Shown here piece after piece: positions 31,142-42,391 of a stretch of DNA of 64,000 bases (position 1 is its first letter; each line of letters opens with the position of its first letter). Both the position numbers and the translations under genes were made by a program. Source of the DNA: an uncultured Phycisphaerales bacterium. Its GTDB lineage: Bacteria; Planctomycetota; Phycisphaerae; Tepidisphaerales; Tepidisphaeraceae. The notes beneath the pieces were generated by a model. It saw nothing but the letters and a program-made list of their open reading frames with translations. It had not been told where the DNA came from and ran no database searches. The stretch is taken from NCBI GenBank assembly GCA_963755915.1, contig CAVWLP010000002.1, positions 2,048,001 to 2,112,000 of the forward strand, written 5' to 3'.

Positions 31142-32854
31142 CTACTCCACCTTCGCCACGATCATCGTCACGTCATCCGTCGGCTTCGCCAGCCCGGTAA
31201 ATTTCCGCATCGACCATAAAATCGAATCGATGATCGCCTCCGCCGTCGGGCCGCCCTGTGAAAAAACTTCCACGATCCGCTGCCGCCCGAATCGCTCCTG
31301 CTCGAAATTCATCGCGTCCATCAGCCCGTCCGTGTAGAGCAACAGCGTGTCCCCGCTGCGCATGTCCACCAGCGACTGCGTGTAGAGCTCATTGGGATCG
31401 ACGCCCAAAACCATGTTGTCGCTTCCCAGCTCGATGATCTTCCCCTCGCGCAAAATCAGTCCCGGCGGATGCCCGGCGTTGCAATACGTCAGCCGCCGGT
31501 TCCGACCGTCCAGCACGCCATAAAACAGCGTCACAAATTCCCCAGGCGTGCTGTCCCGTAACATCATCAGGTTAATCCGCCGCAGCACCTCGTACAGGTA
31601 ATACACGTTGTCCACCTGCGCCCGCAGCGCCGCCCGCACCGCCGCCATCGTCAAGCTCGCCGGCACACCCTTGCCGCTTACGTCCGCGATCACCATCCCC
31701 AGGTTGTTGTACGGCAGCTCGATAAAATCATAAAAATCCCCCCCCAGCTCATAGCACGGCACATAAACCGCCGCCAGGTCGATCCCCGGAATCGCCGGCG
31801 GTTTCGCCGGGATCATCCGATGTTGCACCTCCGCCGCCATCTGCACCTGCCGCTCCAGCGCCTCCGACTGCAGCGTTTCCTGCACGAGCCGCGCGTTTTC
31901 AATCGCCGCCGCCGCCTGTGCCGCCACCGCCTTCAGCAGGTCGATCTGAAACTGCGTGAAGGTCTGTTCCTGCGCCGTATAAACTCGCAAAACGCCAATG
32001 TCTTTCCCCTTATATCGCAACCCCACCGACAGCACCGAAACGATCCCCTCGCGCTTCGCCTCCTGTGGATAGAGCACCCGCTCATCGGTCGCCATGTTGC
32101 GCACATACGAATATCCCTTCGACGTCAGCGCCTGGTGATCGATCTTCGCCGAACTCAATCGGATCGGGCCTTTTCCGATATACTCCGGCGAAAGGTTGTA
32201 AACAGCCTTGATGACCAGCTCGTCCCGTTCGTAATCAATCAACCGCAGCGATGCCGCTTTGGTCTCCATCACTTCGCAAACCACCCGCACGGTTCGCTGG
32301 AGCACCATCTCCAGGTCCCGCGCATCGGCGAGCATGGTGGTCACGTTATAAACCGCCGTCAGTTCGTTGATCCGCTGCCGAAGCTGGAATTCCTGGTAGC
32401 AAAGCCGCGCGATCGCATTGGCCAGCAGAAACAGGAACTGAATCGCCGCCGGTTTCGCGGCGCGGTTACGCGTCAGTTGCGACACCGCCTGCTTCAATTG
32501 CTTCAGTTCCACGTTCAGTTTTTCGCTCAGCGCCGCCAGCCGCGCCTCATCCACTGGCGCCGCCGCGCTGCCCGCCGCCATGCGGATCGTCCCCAATCGC
32601 TGGTTGTTCACGATGATCGGCGCCACATATTCCGTCCCCTCACGCTGCGGGCCGTCCTTTTGCGCCTCCGCGATCGCGCTCTGCCGCTTCAGAAAATCAC
32701 TGGTCGGCGTCTGCTGCGTCAGCAGCTTTCCCTCCGCGTCCGTGATCGTCGTTTTCACGTTCGCCACGGCTGCAAAGCTGTCCTGGATCTCCTGCAACGT
32801 CGGCAGATCCATGAAATCCGTTAGTTTGAGGTGGTCCGGATCAAAGGCAGGCAT
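31142..32854 (-). CDS. SpoIIE/RsbU-type PP2C phosphatase with PocR-like and GAF domains
   Basis: LQEIQDSFA..., GAF ending AIENARL, GGDFYD, DVSGKG, NAGHPP, YTDG, DDVT. Confidence 0.92.
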   Translation of the reverse strand: MPAFDPDHLKLTDFMDLPTLQEIQDSFAAVANVKTTITDAEGKLLTQQTPTSDFLKRQSAIAEAQKDGPQREGTEYVAPIIVNNQRLGTIRMAAGSAAAPVDEARLAALSEKLNVELKQLKQAVSQLTRNRAAKPAAIQFLFLLANAIARLCYQEFQLRQRINELTAVYNVTTMLADARDLEMVLQRTVRVVCEVMETKAASLRLIDYERDELVIKAVYNLSPEYIGKGPIRLSSAKIDHQALTSKGYSYVRNMATDERVLYPQEAKREGIVSVLSVGLRYKGKDIGVLRVYTAQEQTFTQFQIDLLKAVAAQAAAAIENARLVQETLQSEALERQVQMAAEVQHRMIPAKPPAIPGIDLAAVYVPCYELGGDFYDFIELPYNNLGMVIADVSGKGVPASLTMAAVRAALRAQVDNVYYLYEVLRRINLMMLRDSTPGEFVTLFYGVLDGRNRRLTYCNAGHPPGLILREGKIIELGSDNMVLGVDPNELYTQSLVDMRSGDTLLLYTDGLMDAMNFEQERFGRQRIVEVFSQGGPTAEAIIDSILWSMRKFTGLAKPTDDVTMIVAKVE

Positions 32855-33031
32855 CAACACTCCAAGGGCCTCCCGTCCCTGGGAAGCAGGACCAGCATTG
32901 TAGGCGACCCAACATCCCAATCAACGCCCGCGCGAATTCTGCGCACGTCTATTCAATAGACAATAGGAAATAGGAAATAGGCGATTGAATTACCCTAACT
33001 TTGAGCGACAATGACTTTCCCAGGAGACCGC

Positions 33032-33826
33032 ATGCCCCATCTCAACGTCAACGGCTCTAGCCTCTTCTACCAGGAATCCGGCCACGGAGTTCCTCTCGTC
33101 CTTCTCCACGGATTCCCCCTCGATCACCGCGTCTGGCACCATCAGGCCCACGATCTTTCCGGAGTCTGCCGCGTCATCACTCCCGATTTCCGCGGCTTCG
33201 GCCACTCTCACGACAACACCGCCTTCACCATCCAGAGCCTTGCCGAAGATATCTACGTCCTGCTCGCCCAACTGCGCGCCCTCCCCTGCGTCCTCGGTGG
33301 CCTCTCCATGGGCGGCTACGTCTCCCTCGCCTACGAACGCGCCTACGCGTCCACCCTTCGCGGCCTCATGCTCATCGACTCTCGCGCCTCCGCCGATTCC
33401 CCCGAAGGAAAAGCTGGCCGCAATACCATGATCGATCTCGCCAAAACCTCCGGTTCTTCCGCTATCGCCCAGGCCATGATGCCCAAGCTCCTCGCCCCCG
33501 GCAGCATCGAATCCCACCCCGATCTCGTCGCCGAGCTGAAAACCATCATGGAAAACTGCCCCTCCCAAACCATCCAGCACGCCCTCGCCGCCATGCGCGA
33601 TCGCTCCGACATGCGCTCCACGCTCAGCCGCATCGCCGCTCCCACCATGATCCTCGTTGGCGAATCCGACGCACTTGTCTCCAAAGCCGAAGCTGAGGAA
33701 ATGCATAAATCCATCCCCGGCTCCACGCTGAACATCATTCCCGCCTCCGGCCACATGACCCCCATAGAACAGCCCCAGCAGGTCAGCCGCGCCATCCGAA
33801 ATTTCCTCGCCAATCTCGGCTCCTGA
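33032..33826 (+). CDS. alpha/beta fold hydrolase
   Basis: LLHGFP, PDFRGFG, GLSMGG, VGESD, SGH. Confidence 0.92.
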   Translation: MPHLNVNGSSLFYQESGHGVPLVLLHGFPLDHRVWHHQAHDLSGVCRVITPDFRGFGHSHDNTAFTIQSLAEDIYVLLAQLRALPCVLGGLSMGGYVSLAYERAYASTLRGLMLIDSRASADSPEGKAGRNTMIDLAKTSGSSAIAQAMMPKLLAPGSIESHPDLVAELKTIMENCPSQTIQHALAAMRDRSDMRSTLSRIAAPTMILVGESDALVSKAEAEEMHKSIPGSTLNIIPASGHMTPIEQPQQVSRAIRNFLANLGS

Positions 33827-33847
33827 TCTGCATCGCCTGATTTCATC

Positions 33848-33876
33848 TTGTCAAACCCGCCCCCGACTCCTACACT
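33848..33876 (+). promoter_or_regulatory. sigma-70-type promoter of the thiC leader
   Basis: TTGTCA-17 nt-TACACT just before the riboswitch P1. Confidence 0.65.
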
Positions 33877-33880
33877 TTTC

Positions 33881-33973
33881 CCATTCGCTAGGGGTGATCC
33901 CAACAAAACCCGGGATCTGAGACCAAACCCTTAGGACCTGATCCGGATGATGCCGGCGTAGGGAAGCGAATGG
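33881..33973 (+). promoter_or_regulatory. TPP riboswitch
   Basis: P1 ccattcgct/agcgaatgg, GGGGTG, CTGAGA, ACCTGATCCGGATGATGCCGGCGTAGGGA; upstream of thiC. Confidence 0.95.
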
Positions 33974-34023
33974 ACAAATCCCATCTGCCCGTCCTCGCTT
34001 CCCGCTTATAAAGGAGAATCCCA

Positions 34024-35760
<1,737 letters not shown>

Positions 35761-35774
35761 AATGGCGCGCCCAA

Positions 35775-36275
35775 TTGAAGGTCATCGCTTTTCACATTAC
35801 GTGGGGTACGTATGGGACGCGATTGCACGGGGATCCGCGCAAAACTGTCGACCGTCAACACAACCAACCAGGAACGCCTGTTCTCGGTTTCGATGAACAT
35901 CGTTGGGAGCAGTAAAAGGTCCGATTGAAATTTCAACCCATCGTTTTTACTCGCGAGCAAATGATTCTTGCCGAGTCACTTGTCCCCAAAGTTTGCGAGC
36001 GGGGCTATTGGAAATTTCACACCTGCGCCGCCGGACCGGATCATGTTCATGTGATTCTCTCATCCCAGCACGATCCCGAAGGAATTCGTCGGATGATGAA
36101 GCGCTGGGTGGGGCAAGAATTATCACAACGATTTTCGCTGCCTCAAGGCGCCACCTGGTGGGCCGAGTGCGGGAGCATCCGCTGGATCATGGATGAACAA
36201 TATTTCGATCGTGCCCTCAACTACGTCACCCGACAGCGCGCCGCAAGTGACCCGGGGCCCCCGACCCGTCTCTAA
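35775..36275 (+). pseudogene. Y1 HUH transposase, RAYT/IS200-like, with in-frame TAA at 35913
   Basis: LKVIAFHITWGTYGTRLHGD...EQ*KVRLKF...PDHVHVIL...W...ALNYV: HUH motif and C-terminal Tyr all in one frame. Confidence 0.8.
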
Positions 36276-36300
36276 TTACACTCCCTCTCCGTTCCAAATC

Positions 36301-36325
36301 TGAGCCGGGGCGTCCCCGCCCCGTC
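36301..36325 (-). repeat. REP-like palindrome, right flank of Y1 transposase
   Basis: Reverse complement gacggggcggggacgccccggctca matches the left copy. Confidence 0.8.
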
Positions 36326-36345
36326 CCCCCGGTCCCCGACCCAAT

Positions 36346-37044
36346 TCACTGATCGCTAGTATCCGGAAATACAATCTTCAACGGCACCCCATTCAACTCC
36401 GCCTCCGGCGACCCATCCGTCTTCTCCCTCCCCGTAATATGAACCTGCCCCGTCGCCTTCGCCAGCGCCACCGCGCCCCCAAACGTCATTCCCCCATACT
36501 GAACATCCGCATCGATCTCCCCAGTCGCCGGATGGTAATGCCCTTGAAACTTCCCCTGACTGCTCGCCCCAAAAAACGTAATACTCTCCGGCATCCTCAT
36601 CACCAGCGTCGGCCGGAAAAAATGCACGTCATCCGAATCCACCGCGGGCCCGTGCGAATCTTTCGCAGGGTTGTACATCCCCTGCTGCGAAAGATACGCC
36701 TTCATCGCAAACTCGATCACGTCCGCGATCTGCTGCTGCGCCTTGGGCCCCACGTCTTCCCACTGATTCCACACCCTCACCGGCCCAAAGTAAAACATCG
36801 CCCCCAGCACCACCACCAGCAGCAGCGATCCCGCCGCGATGATCTTCCCCGTCGAAATATAAATCTTCGGCGAAGCCGCCGGCTTCCCTCTCGCCGCCGC
36901 TTTTCCTCCTCCCGCCCGGCTCGCCCCTCCCGAACCCGGCACCGAAATCGCCCTCCCGCACGCTGGGCACTTCGCCGTCTTTCCCGCCAGCGCATCGCTC
37001 AAACCCATCCGCTTCCCGCATTCACATTGCACCACAATTGCCAT
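36346..37044 (-). CDS. hypothetical single-TM protein with N-terminal zinc ribbon
   Basis: CECGK...CPACG, one TM segment. Confidence 0.75.
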   Translation of the reverse strand: MAIVVQCECGKRMGLSDALAGKTAKCPACGRAISVPGSGGASRAGGGKAAARGKPAASPKIYISTGKIIAAGSLLLVVVLGAMFYFGPVRVWNQWEDVGPKAQQQIADVIEFAMKAYLSQQGMYNPAKDSHGPAVDSDDVHFFRPTLVMRMPESITFFGASSQGKFQGHYHPATGEIDADVQYGGMTFGGAVALAKATGQVHITGREKTDGSPEAELNGVPLKIVFPDTSDQ

Positions 37045-37143
37045 TGTTTCGCTCCAGAAATGTGGCTCAAATTATACGCGCCCATCGCCCCATTGCGAAA
37101 AACCCTCAACATGATCTAACTTATGCAAATCAAAGGAGCCCCC

Positions 37144-37581
37144 ATGGCCGAAGAGAAACCATCCCTTCACATTGACACCGACTGGAAACGCCAGGCCCAG
37201 GAAGAGAAAAAGCGTCTCGCCGAGGAAGAATCGAAAAAAGCCGCCACCGCAACACCCGTCGCCGCGCCCACAGCCCCCGGCGCCGCCCCCACACCCGGCG
37301 CCCGCCCCGGCTCACGCCCGCGCGGTGAGCTTCCCCCCGCCAACTTCGCCACCCTCGTCCAATCGATGCTCACCCAGATTCTCTTTTATCTCGGCGACCT
37401 CACCACCCGTGGCTCCGAGCCCACCGTCAACCTCGATCTCGCCAAACACCAGATTGACATCCTCGGCACCCTCGAAGAAAAAACCCAGAACAACCTCACC
37501 CCCGAAGAAAAGCAGCTCCTCGACACCGCCCTCTACGAATCCCGCATGCGCTACGTCAGCGTGGCTTCGCAATACACTTGA
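37144..37581 (+). CDS. DUF1844-like protein
   Basis: LPPANF..LV, LAKHQIDIL..LEEKTQNNLT.EE..LL..ALYE.RMRYV; AAGGAG RBS. Confidence 0.85.
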   Translation: MAEEKPSLHIDTDWKRQAQEEKKRLAEEESKKAATATPVAAPTAPGAAPTPGARPGSRPRGELPPANFATLVQSMLTQILFYLGDLTTRGSEPTVNLDLAKHQIDILGTLEEKTQNNLTPEEKQLLDTALYESRMRYVSVASQYT

Positions 37582-37621
37582 TTCCAAATAGGAACGCCCA
37601 CGGCGCCGCCGTGGGTTGCTT

Positions 37622-38593
37622 TTAACGACTACGAATCAACTCCTCATCCGCAATCCCCAACTTCCGCCTCTCCGGTTCAATATCGCGAAGGAATCTCTCC
37701 CCATCATTGTAATACCCCGCCGTAGGCACAACCTCCGGCCGATGCCGCGCCCAGAACGCATTAAACCGCCGCATCATCGCCTCGCGAAGATACTTGCTCA
37801 TCATCGACGCCAGCGCCACTGCCATACACTGCATCTCCGCCTTCTCCCGGAAAATAACCCGTACGGTATTGCCGTTGCGGCTCAGTCGATAATCACAAAA
37901 CCCATCCAACTCCTGCCGCACTTCGAGCGACCACTCCTCGAACATCAGCCGCAGGAGCGAACCATAATGCTCCCTTCCCCCTTGCCGGTCGCAGAAGATC
38001 GTCATCGGCCGCGACCCATAGGTCTTCAGCAGATAATCCAAGTGCATCGCACTGGTCGAAAACAAAACCGACGCCTTATTCCGCGTCGCATTAAACTGTT
38101 GATTCAGCCGCCGCTCCAAGACCACCTGCGCCGCCAGATGCACGCATCGCGTCCGGCTCCGCTGCATCTCCGTCCGCAGCGCGTTGGCGAAAATCTCAAT
38201 CGGCAGCCCCTGCTGCTCGATCGGAAACGTCTCCCCCTCCCCCGGCTGATACCACGAATACCCCGGCAGATCCCCCAGCACCTCCGCCGCCGTCCGCGCC
38301 AGCAGCGCATTCAAGTCCCCCGGCAAATCCCCGCACGCGCATACCATCGCCAGCACCGACCTCTCCAGCTCCTTCAGCCCAATGCTCGGCGAGTAAACCA
38401 CCTTGCTGTCATTGACATGAATCTTCCGCCCCGACGCCACCCGGCTTTTGCTCACCAGCTTCCTCAGCCGCTTCCAGAGGCACGGCAGCGACTCCAGCGA
38501 ATCCGCGTCCTCCAGATCAAACGCGCAGCAACCCACCACCAGCGGCCCAAGCAGCGGGCCATACCCCGCCTCATCAATCCCTGCCACGATCAT
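37622..38593 (-). CDS. ribonuclease HII-like protein
   Basis: GIDEAGYGPLLGPLVV, NDSK, VALASMMSKYLRE. Confidence 0.8.
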   Translation of the reverse strand: MIVAGIDEAGYGPLLGPLVVGCCAFDLEDADSLESLPCLWKRLRKLVSKSRVASGRKIHVNDSKVVYSPSIGLKELERSVLAMVCACGDLPGDLNALLARTAAEVLGDLPGYSWYQPGEGETFPIEQQGLPIEIFANALRTEMQRSRTRCVHLAAQVVLERRLNQQFNATRNKASVLFSTSAMHLDYLLKTYGSRPMTIFCDRQGGREHYGSLLRLMFEEWSLEVRQELDGFCDYRLSRNGNTVRVIFREKAEMQCMAVALASMMSKYLREAMMRRFNAFWARHRPEVVPTAGYYNDGERFLRDIEPERRKLGIADEELIRSR

Positions 38594-38680
38594 TGGCCGC
38601 GGATTATACCGACTTGACTTCCGATCCAACCTACTTAGATTTAGAAAAATCGCGGCAAACAAAAAAGGCCACGAAGTCAT

Positions 38681-38754
<74 letters not shown>

Positions 38755-38873
38755 CATTTGATAAAATGTGCCGGACGCAGTGAATAGCGTACCCCCCTTC
38801 GTTGGGGAGCGCGGCCTGAAATGACCTGGTTCCTCCGTAGTCTACGGAGGAACTAATATTTCGAGGTCGCGAT

Positions 38874-39152
38874 ATGGTTGCTTCTTCTGTGCCAAAACTT
38901 TCCCATCACAAGGCAAGTGATCAAGGGGTCGTCCGTCTGGACGGCAAGGACTTTTATCTCGGCCGCTGGAGCGACGAGCAAACCCAGCACAATTACGAGC
39001 GGTTAATGGCCGAATGGCTGGCCGGCGGCCGCAAGTTGCCGACCGAAAAAGGCGATTCAACAACCATGACCGTAACCGAAGTCATTGCTTCCTTCTGGGA
39101 CAGGGCAAATACCTACTACCGTTTTCCCGACGGGACACTCTCCAAAGAGATT
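38874..39152 (+). pseudogene. N-terminal fragment of a tyrosine integrase (planctomycete type)
   Basis: PKLSHHKASDQGVVRLDGKDFYLG...YERLMAEWLAGGR...TVTEVIASF...YY resembles integrase N-termini; directly downstream of a tRNA; no catalytic domain follows. Confidence 0.75.
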
Positions 39153-40216
39153 TCGCAAAATCCCCCGGTTCCGATGACCTCAGGCTGGAGATACTCGATA
39201 CAGCGGAACGCTGGTCCCTTTGCCGCCAGTTGCATGAGGAAATTACCGAACGGAGATATAAGCCAGGACCGAGCAGGATCGTAAAGACACAAAAACCCGG
39301 AAAGACCGGCTGCCGAGAATTGACAATCCAAAACGTGCGTGACCGAATTGTTGGCCGAGCGACTGTTCGAATTCTTCAGCCCGTTATCGATCCGAAATTC
39401 TCCCCGTTTAGTTTCGGCGGCCGCCGCGATCGCAGTGCTGCGATGGCCCTGGCAACGGCTTTGGGTATCGCGCTAAGCGAGAATAAATGGGTCTGGCTTG
39501 CCGATGACGTTCAGAAAGCATTCGACCACATCCCGTTCGAACGCTTTTTGGCCGCCTGCCGGGCGCACTTTCCAGAAGCTGTGGTGGATTTCTTGCGGCT
39601 GATTGCCGACAAAGGCACCCGCCGCGGCATTCGTCAGGGTAATCCGTTCTCGCCGCTGGCAGCGAACATTTTTTTTGACTGGTATATGGATCGTTGTTGG
39701 CATCGGGACCACCCGGATCTGCCGATTGTCCGCTACATCGACGATATGCTGCTGGTTTGTGACAGTGTCGAGCAGGCGACACTGATGTATACCGCCTTGG
39801 CTTCGCGTGCGACGGCGATGGTAACCCCGCTCAAGGGTTCCGTCGCAACGGGCGTTTTGGATCTTTCTGCCGGGGCGACGACCGACTGGCTGGGGTACCG
39901 TATCGGCCTTGAGGATGGAACGCCGGTGGTTCGGATAAGTGAAAGAGCCTGGCAGAAATTGAGCGATCGATTGAGCGCGGCCTACCTAACGCCACTTCCA
40001 CCAATAAGGGCTGAGCAGATCATACGCGGCTGGTTGGGATATCTCGGCCCGTGCTACGCGTACGAAAATCGAGCAATTGCGATCGACCGCGTCCGGGATA
40101 TCGCCTCACAGCTTGTGTTCGATGAAATTCCCTGTGCCGGTGAACTCGAGAGATTTTGGAGCGCCGCCCACGCCCGACGGCAACGGCAAAACTGGCGCCC
40201 ATGCGCCGCAAAGTGA
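39153..40216 (+). CDS. group II intron-like reverse transcriptase, probably truncated at both ends
   Basis: KSPGSD (RT0), KPGKTGCRELTI..VRDR, SFGGR, DDVQKAFDHI, GIRQGNPFSP, RYIDD, WLGY, thumb-like IRGWLGY. Confidence 0.88.
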
Positions 40217-40370
40217 TATAGATGCTCACAAACAGCAGGTAGTCCCCGATGCCGTTTTCTGTGAATGTCGACCCAATAACGCGCCGTCGGGACGCAAAAA
40301 TTTTGATCGCGTTCTCGGCTGCATTGTTGTTCCATGACACCCCATTGTGCGACAAAAACGTGAACAGCCT
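40190..40370 (-). mobile_element. IS66-family transposase C-terminal fragment
   Basis: LFTFL...VSWNNNAAENAIK....RR...T..G....LFVSIYIT.R. Confidence 0.75.
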
Positions 40371-40460
40371 GGTCTCGCCGATCATCCGACGCGACTGATC
40401 CGGGCGACCTTTATGCCGCATCGCAAGCGGGGCGAGGGAAAAAGCCGGTGCTACCAGCCG

Positions 40461-41363
40461 TCAATACCACGCCGCCACGTTGGTCGGGCGGCGGTAGACG
40501 TGGGGTTCGACGATCTTTCGGGCCAACGGGTTGAGTCGCGCCTGCAATTCGGCCGACGCGTGGTAACCCCAGCGAGAATTTCCCCACGACGGGCCGTACC
40601 GGAAAACGCCAATTCGCCGCAGCCCTGGATTCCCGCGCTTCGCCGAGCCGTGGGCAGTCGCATCCACGAATACGATGGCGTCGCCGGCTTTCAGCTGCAC
40701 TTCAATCGCACCGCGAATTCCCTCCATCGATCCGCCTCCCTTTTCGTCCCAGACAGTTGCCTGTTCAGAATTCAGGAACGCGGGATGGATGATGTTCGAC
40801 TTATGCGAGCCTGGGATGACCATCGTCGCGCCATCGCCCGGGCCGATGTCGTTGAAGGCAATCAGAACATTGACCTGCCCGCAGGCGAATCGTCCATCGT
40901 GATAACGGTATTGCGTGCGTTTGCAGATGTCGTGCCCTCCGGAATGCAGCGGAATCGCTTCACCCGGCCCGCGGAGGTTGTAGAAGTTCTCGTCAATATA
41001 CAGAGGACCACGGTCGTAATCGAACGTCGCCTGGCCTCCGACGAATCTGGCGACATAATTAATATAATTGCGATGATCGATCAAGCGTGAGAAGGCCGGC
41101 ATCTCATACACCTGCTGATAGCTCACCCCGCGATGTTCCGGGTGGTCTTCGCGTTGAACGTGGCCGTGCCAGCCCAGGCGTGGCAGTGAGCTCGGAATCT
41201 CAGTCACGGCCGCGTTGCAGTCGGCGACCTCCTGCGCCGACAGCGCCCCCTTGAGAACCAGGAAACCGTTTAGATCAAACAAATACTCCTCCATCAGTGA
41301 CGGAACGGGAGCATCTGGAACAAGGGGCGCCGGTGGCGGCGGGATATGTTGGCTTGTTGTCAT
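40461..41363 (-). CDS. phytanoyl-CoA dioxygenase (PhyH) family protein
   Basis: YLFDLNGFLVL, PLHSG, DGATMVIPGSHK, AGDAIVF...HG. Confidence 0.88.
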   Translation of the reverse strand: MTTSQHIPPPPAPLVPDAPVPSLMEEYLFDLNGFLVLKGALSAQEVADCNAAVTEIPSSLPRLGWHGHVQREDHPEHRGVSYQQVYEMPAFSRLIDHRNYINYVARFVGGQATFDYDRGPLYIDENFYNLRGPGEAIPLHSGGHDICKRTQYRYHDGRFACGQVNVLIAFNDIGPGDGATMVIPGSHKSNIIHPAFLNSEQATVWDEKGGGSMEGIRGAIEVQLKAGDAIVFVDATAHGSAKRGNPGLRRIGVFRYGPSWGNSRWGYHASAELQARLNPLARKIVEPHVYRRPTNVAAWY

Positions 41364-41437
41364 ACGGGGTATTTTGCATGGGGATTAAACGCCATTCATC
41401 GCTTTATTGCCGCCGTTTTCTCCTGTAAAGTAAGATT

Positions 41438-42286
41438 ATGAGGAAGCGGGCGTCATTTGGTCAGCCGACGGTCCACGAAGCGGGGCTCAATTTCCGCGTC
41501 TGGCGTCACAATGTGACCCGGCCCATGCGGGTGGCCCACACCCATCCGGATGTGGAGATGAACTGGATATCCGCTGGGCGGCTCGAATACCTCATTGGCG
41601 GTGTGCGCAGAAGTATCGAAACGGACCAGTTGGGCATCTTCTGGGGTGGCATGCCACATCAGGTGGTAACCGACCACGCGGTCGGCGGCATCTGGTTGAC
41701 GCTGCCACTGGCGTGGTTGCTCAGCGCCAAGCTATCGAACAATTTTGCCGCGCGCTTGATGAGCGGCCAACTGGTATGTCTCTCCTTCGAGCCTCATCGT
41801 GCAGAGCAGTGGCTCAGCGACTTCCGCGCCGGTCCCCAATTTTCACGACTGATCCTGCTTGAAATTGAGGCGATCCTGGAACGCATCGCTTTGGGTTCGC
41901 CTTCGTTTACCCGTGCGACGGTCAAGCTCGGCCCGCGCTCACGCCTGCAATTCAACAGCGTTGAGCGCGTCATTCAGCATCTGACAGCCCATTACCAGGA
42001 GCCGGTATCGATCGAATCGATCGCCGCGAACGTGGGACTACACGCAAAGTATTTGATGACGCTGTTCAAACGCGCTGTTGGCATCACGATCAATCAGTAC
42101 CTGAATCAACTTCGCATCGCCCATTCGCAGCGTCTGCTCGCCACCACACAGATGGGGATAATTGACGTGTCATTGCACAGCGGCTTTGGATCGCCCAGTC
42201 GTTTCCATGTGGCGTTTCGCGAACAAGTCGGCATTACTCCCTCAAGGTATCGCCGAGGCATAAAAGAAGACATTCACGCCCTGTAG
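41438..42286 (+). CDS. AraC family regulator (MelR-like)
   Basis: HTHPDVEMN cupin, FWGGMPHQ, C-terminal SGFGSPSRF...TPSRYR. Confidence 0.92.
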   Translation: MRKRASFGQPTVHEAGLNFRVWRHNVTRPMRVAHTHPDVEMNWISAGRLEYLIGGVRRSIETDQLGIFWGGMPHQVVTDHAVGGIWLTLPLAWLLSAKLSNNFAARLMSGQLVCLSFEPHRAEQWLSDFRAGPQFSRLILLEIEAILERIALGSPSFTRATVKLGPRSRLQFNSVERVIQHLTAHYQEPVSIESIAANVGLHAKYLMTLFKRAVGITINQYLNQLRIAHSQRLLATTQMGIIDVSLHSGFGSPSRFHVAFREQVGITPSRYRRGIKEDIHAL

Positions 42287-42391
42287 AGATCCGACCCCGA
42301 AGGAACAGGGGCTCTCTGTAAACGGAGGAGGAGCGACACCGAGCGCGGTCAAAAGACGCGAGTACGGCCCTTGAGGATTCATGAGACGAGC

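Noticed and set aside
38874-40216. Programmed frameshift producing an integrase-RT fusion protein
   Set aside because: No convincing slippery site; both parts look truncated at the junction, which a deletion explains more simply. Not fully excluded.
39153-40460. Intact group II intron or retron
   Set aside because: No recognisable domain V/VI after the RT, no room for 5' intron domains, no retron VTG motif or msr/msd-like repeats; flanks are integrase and IS66-like fragments.
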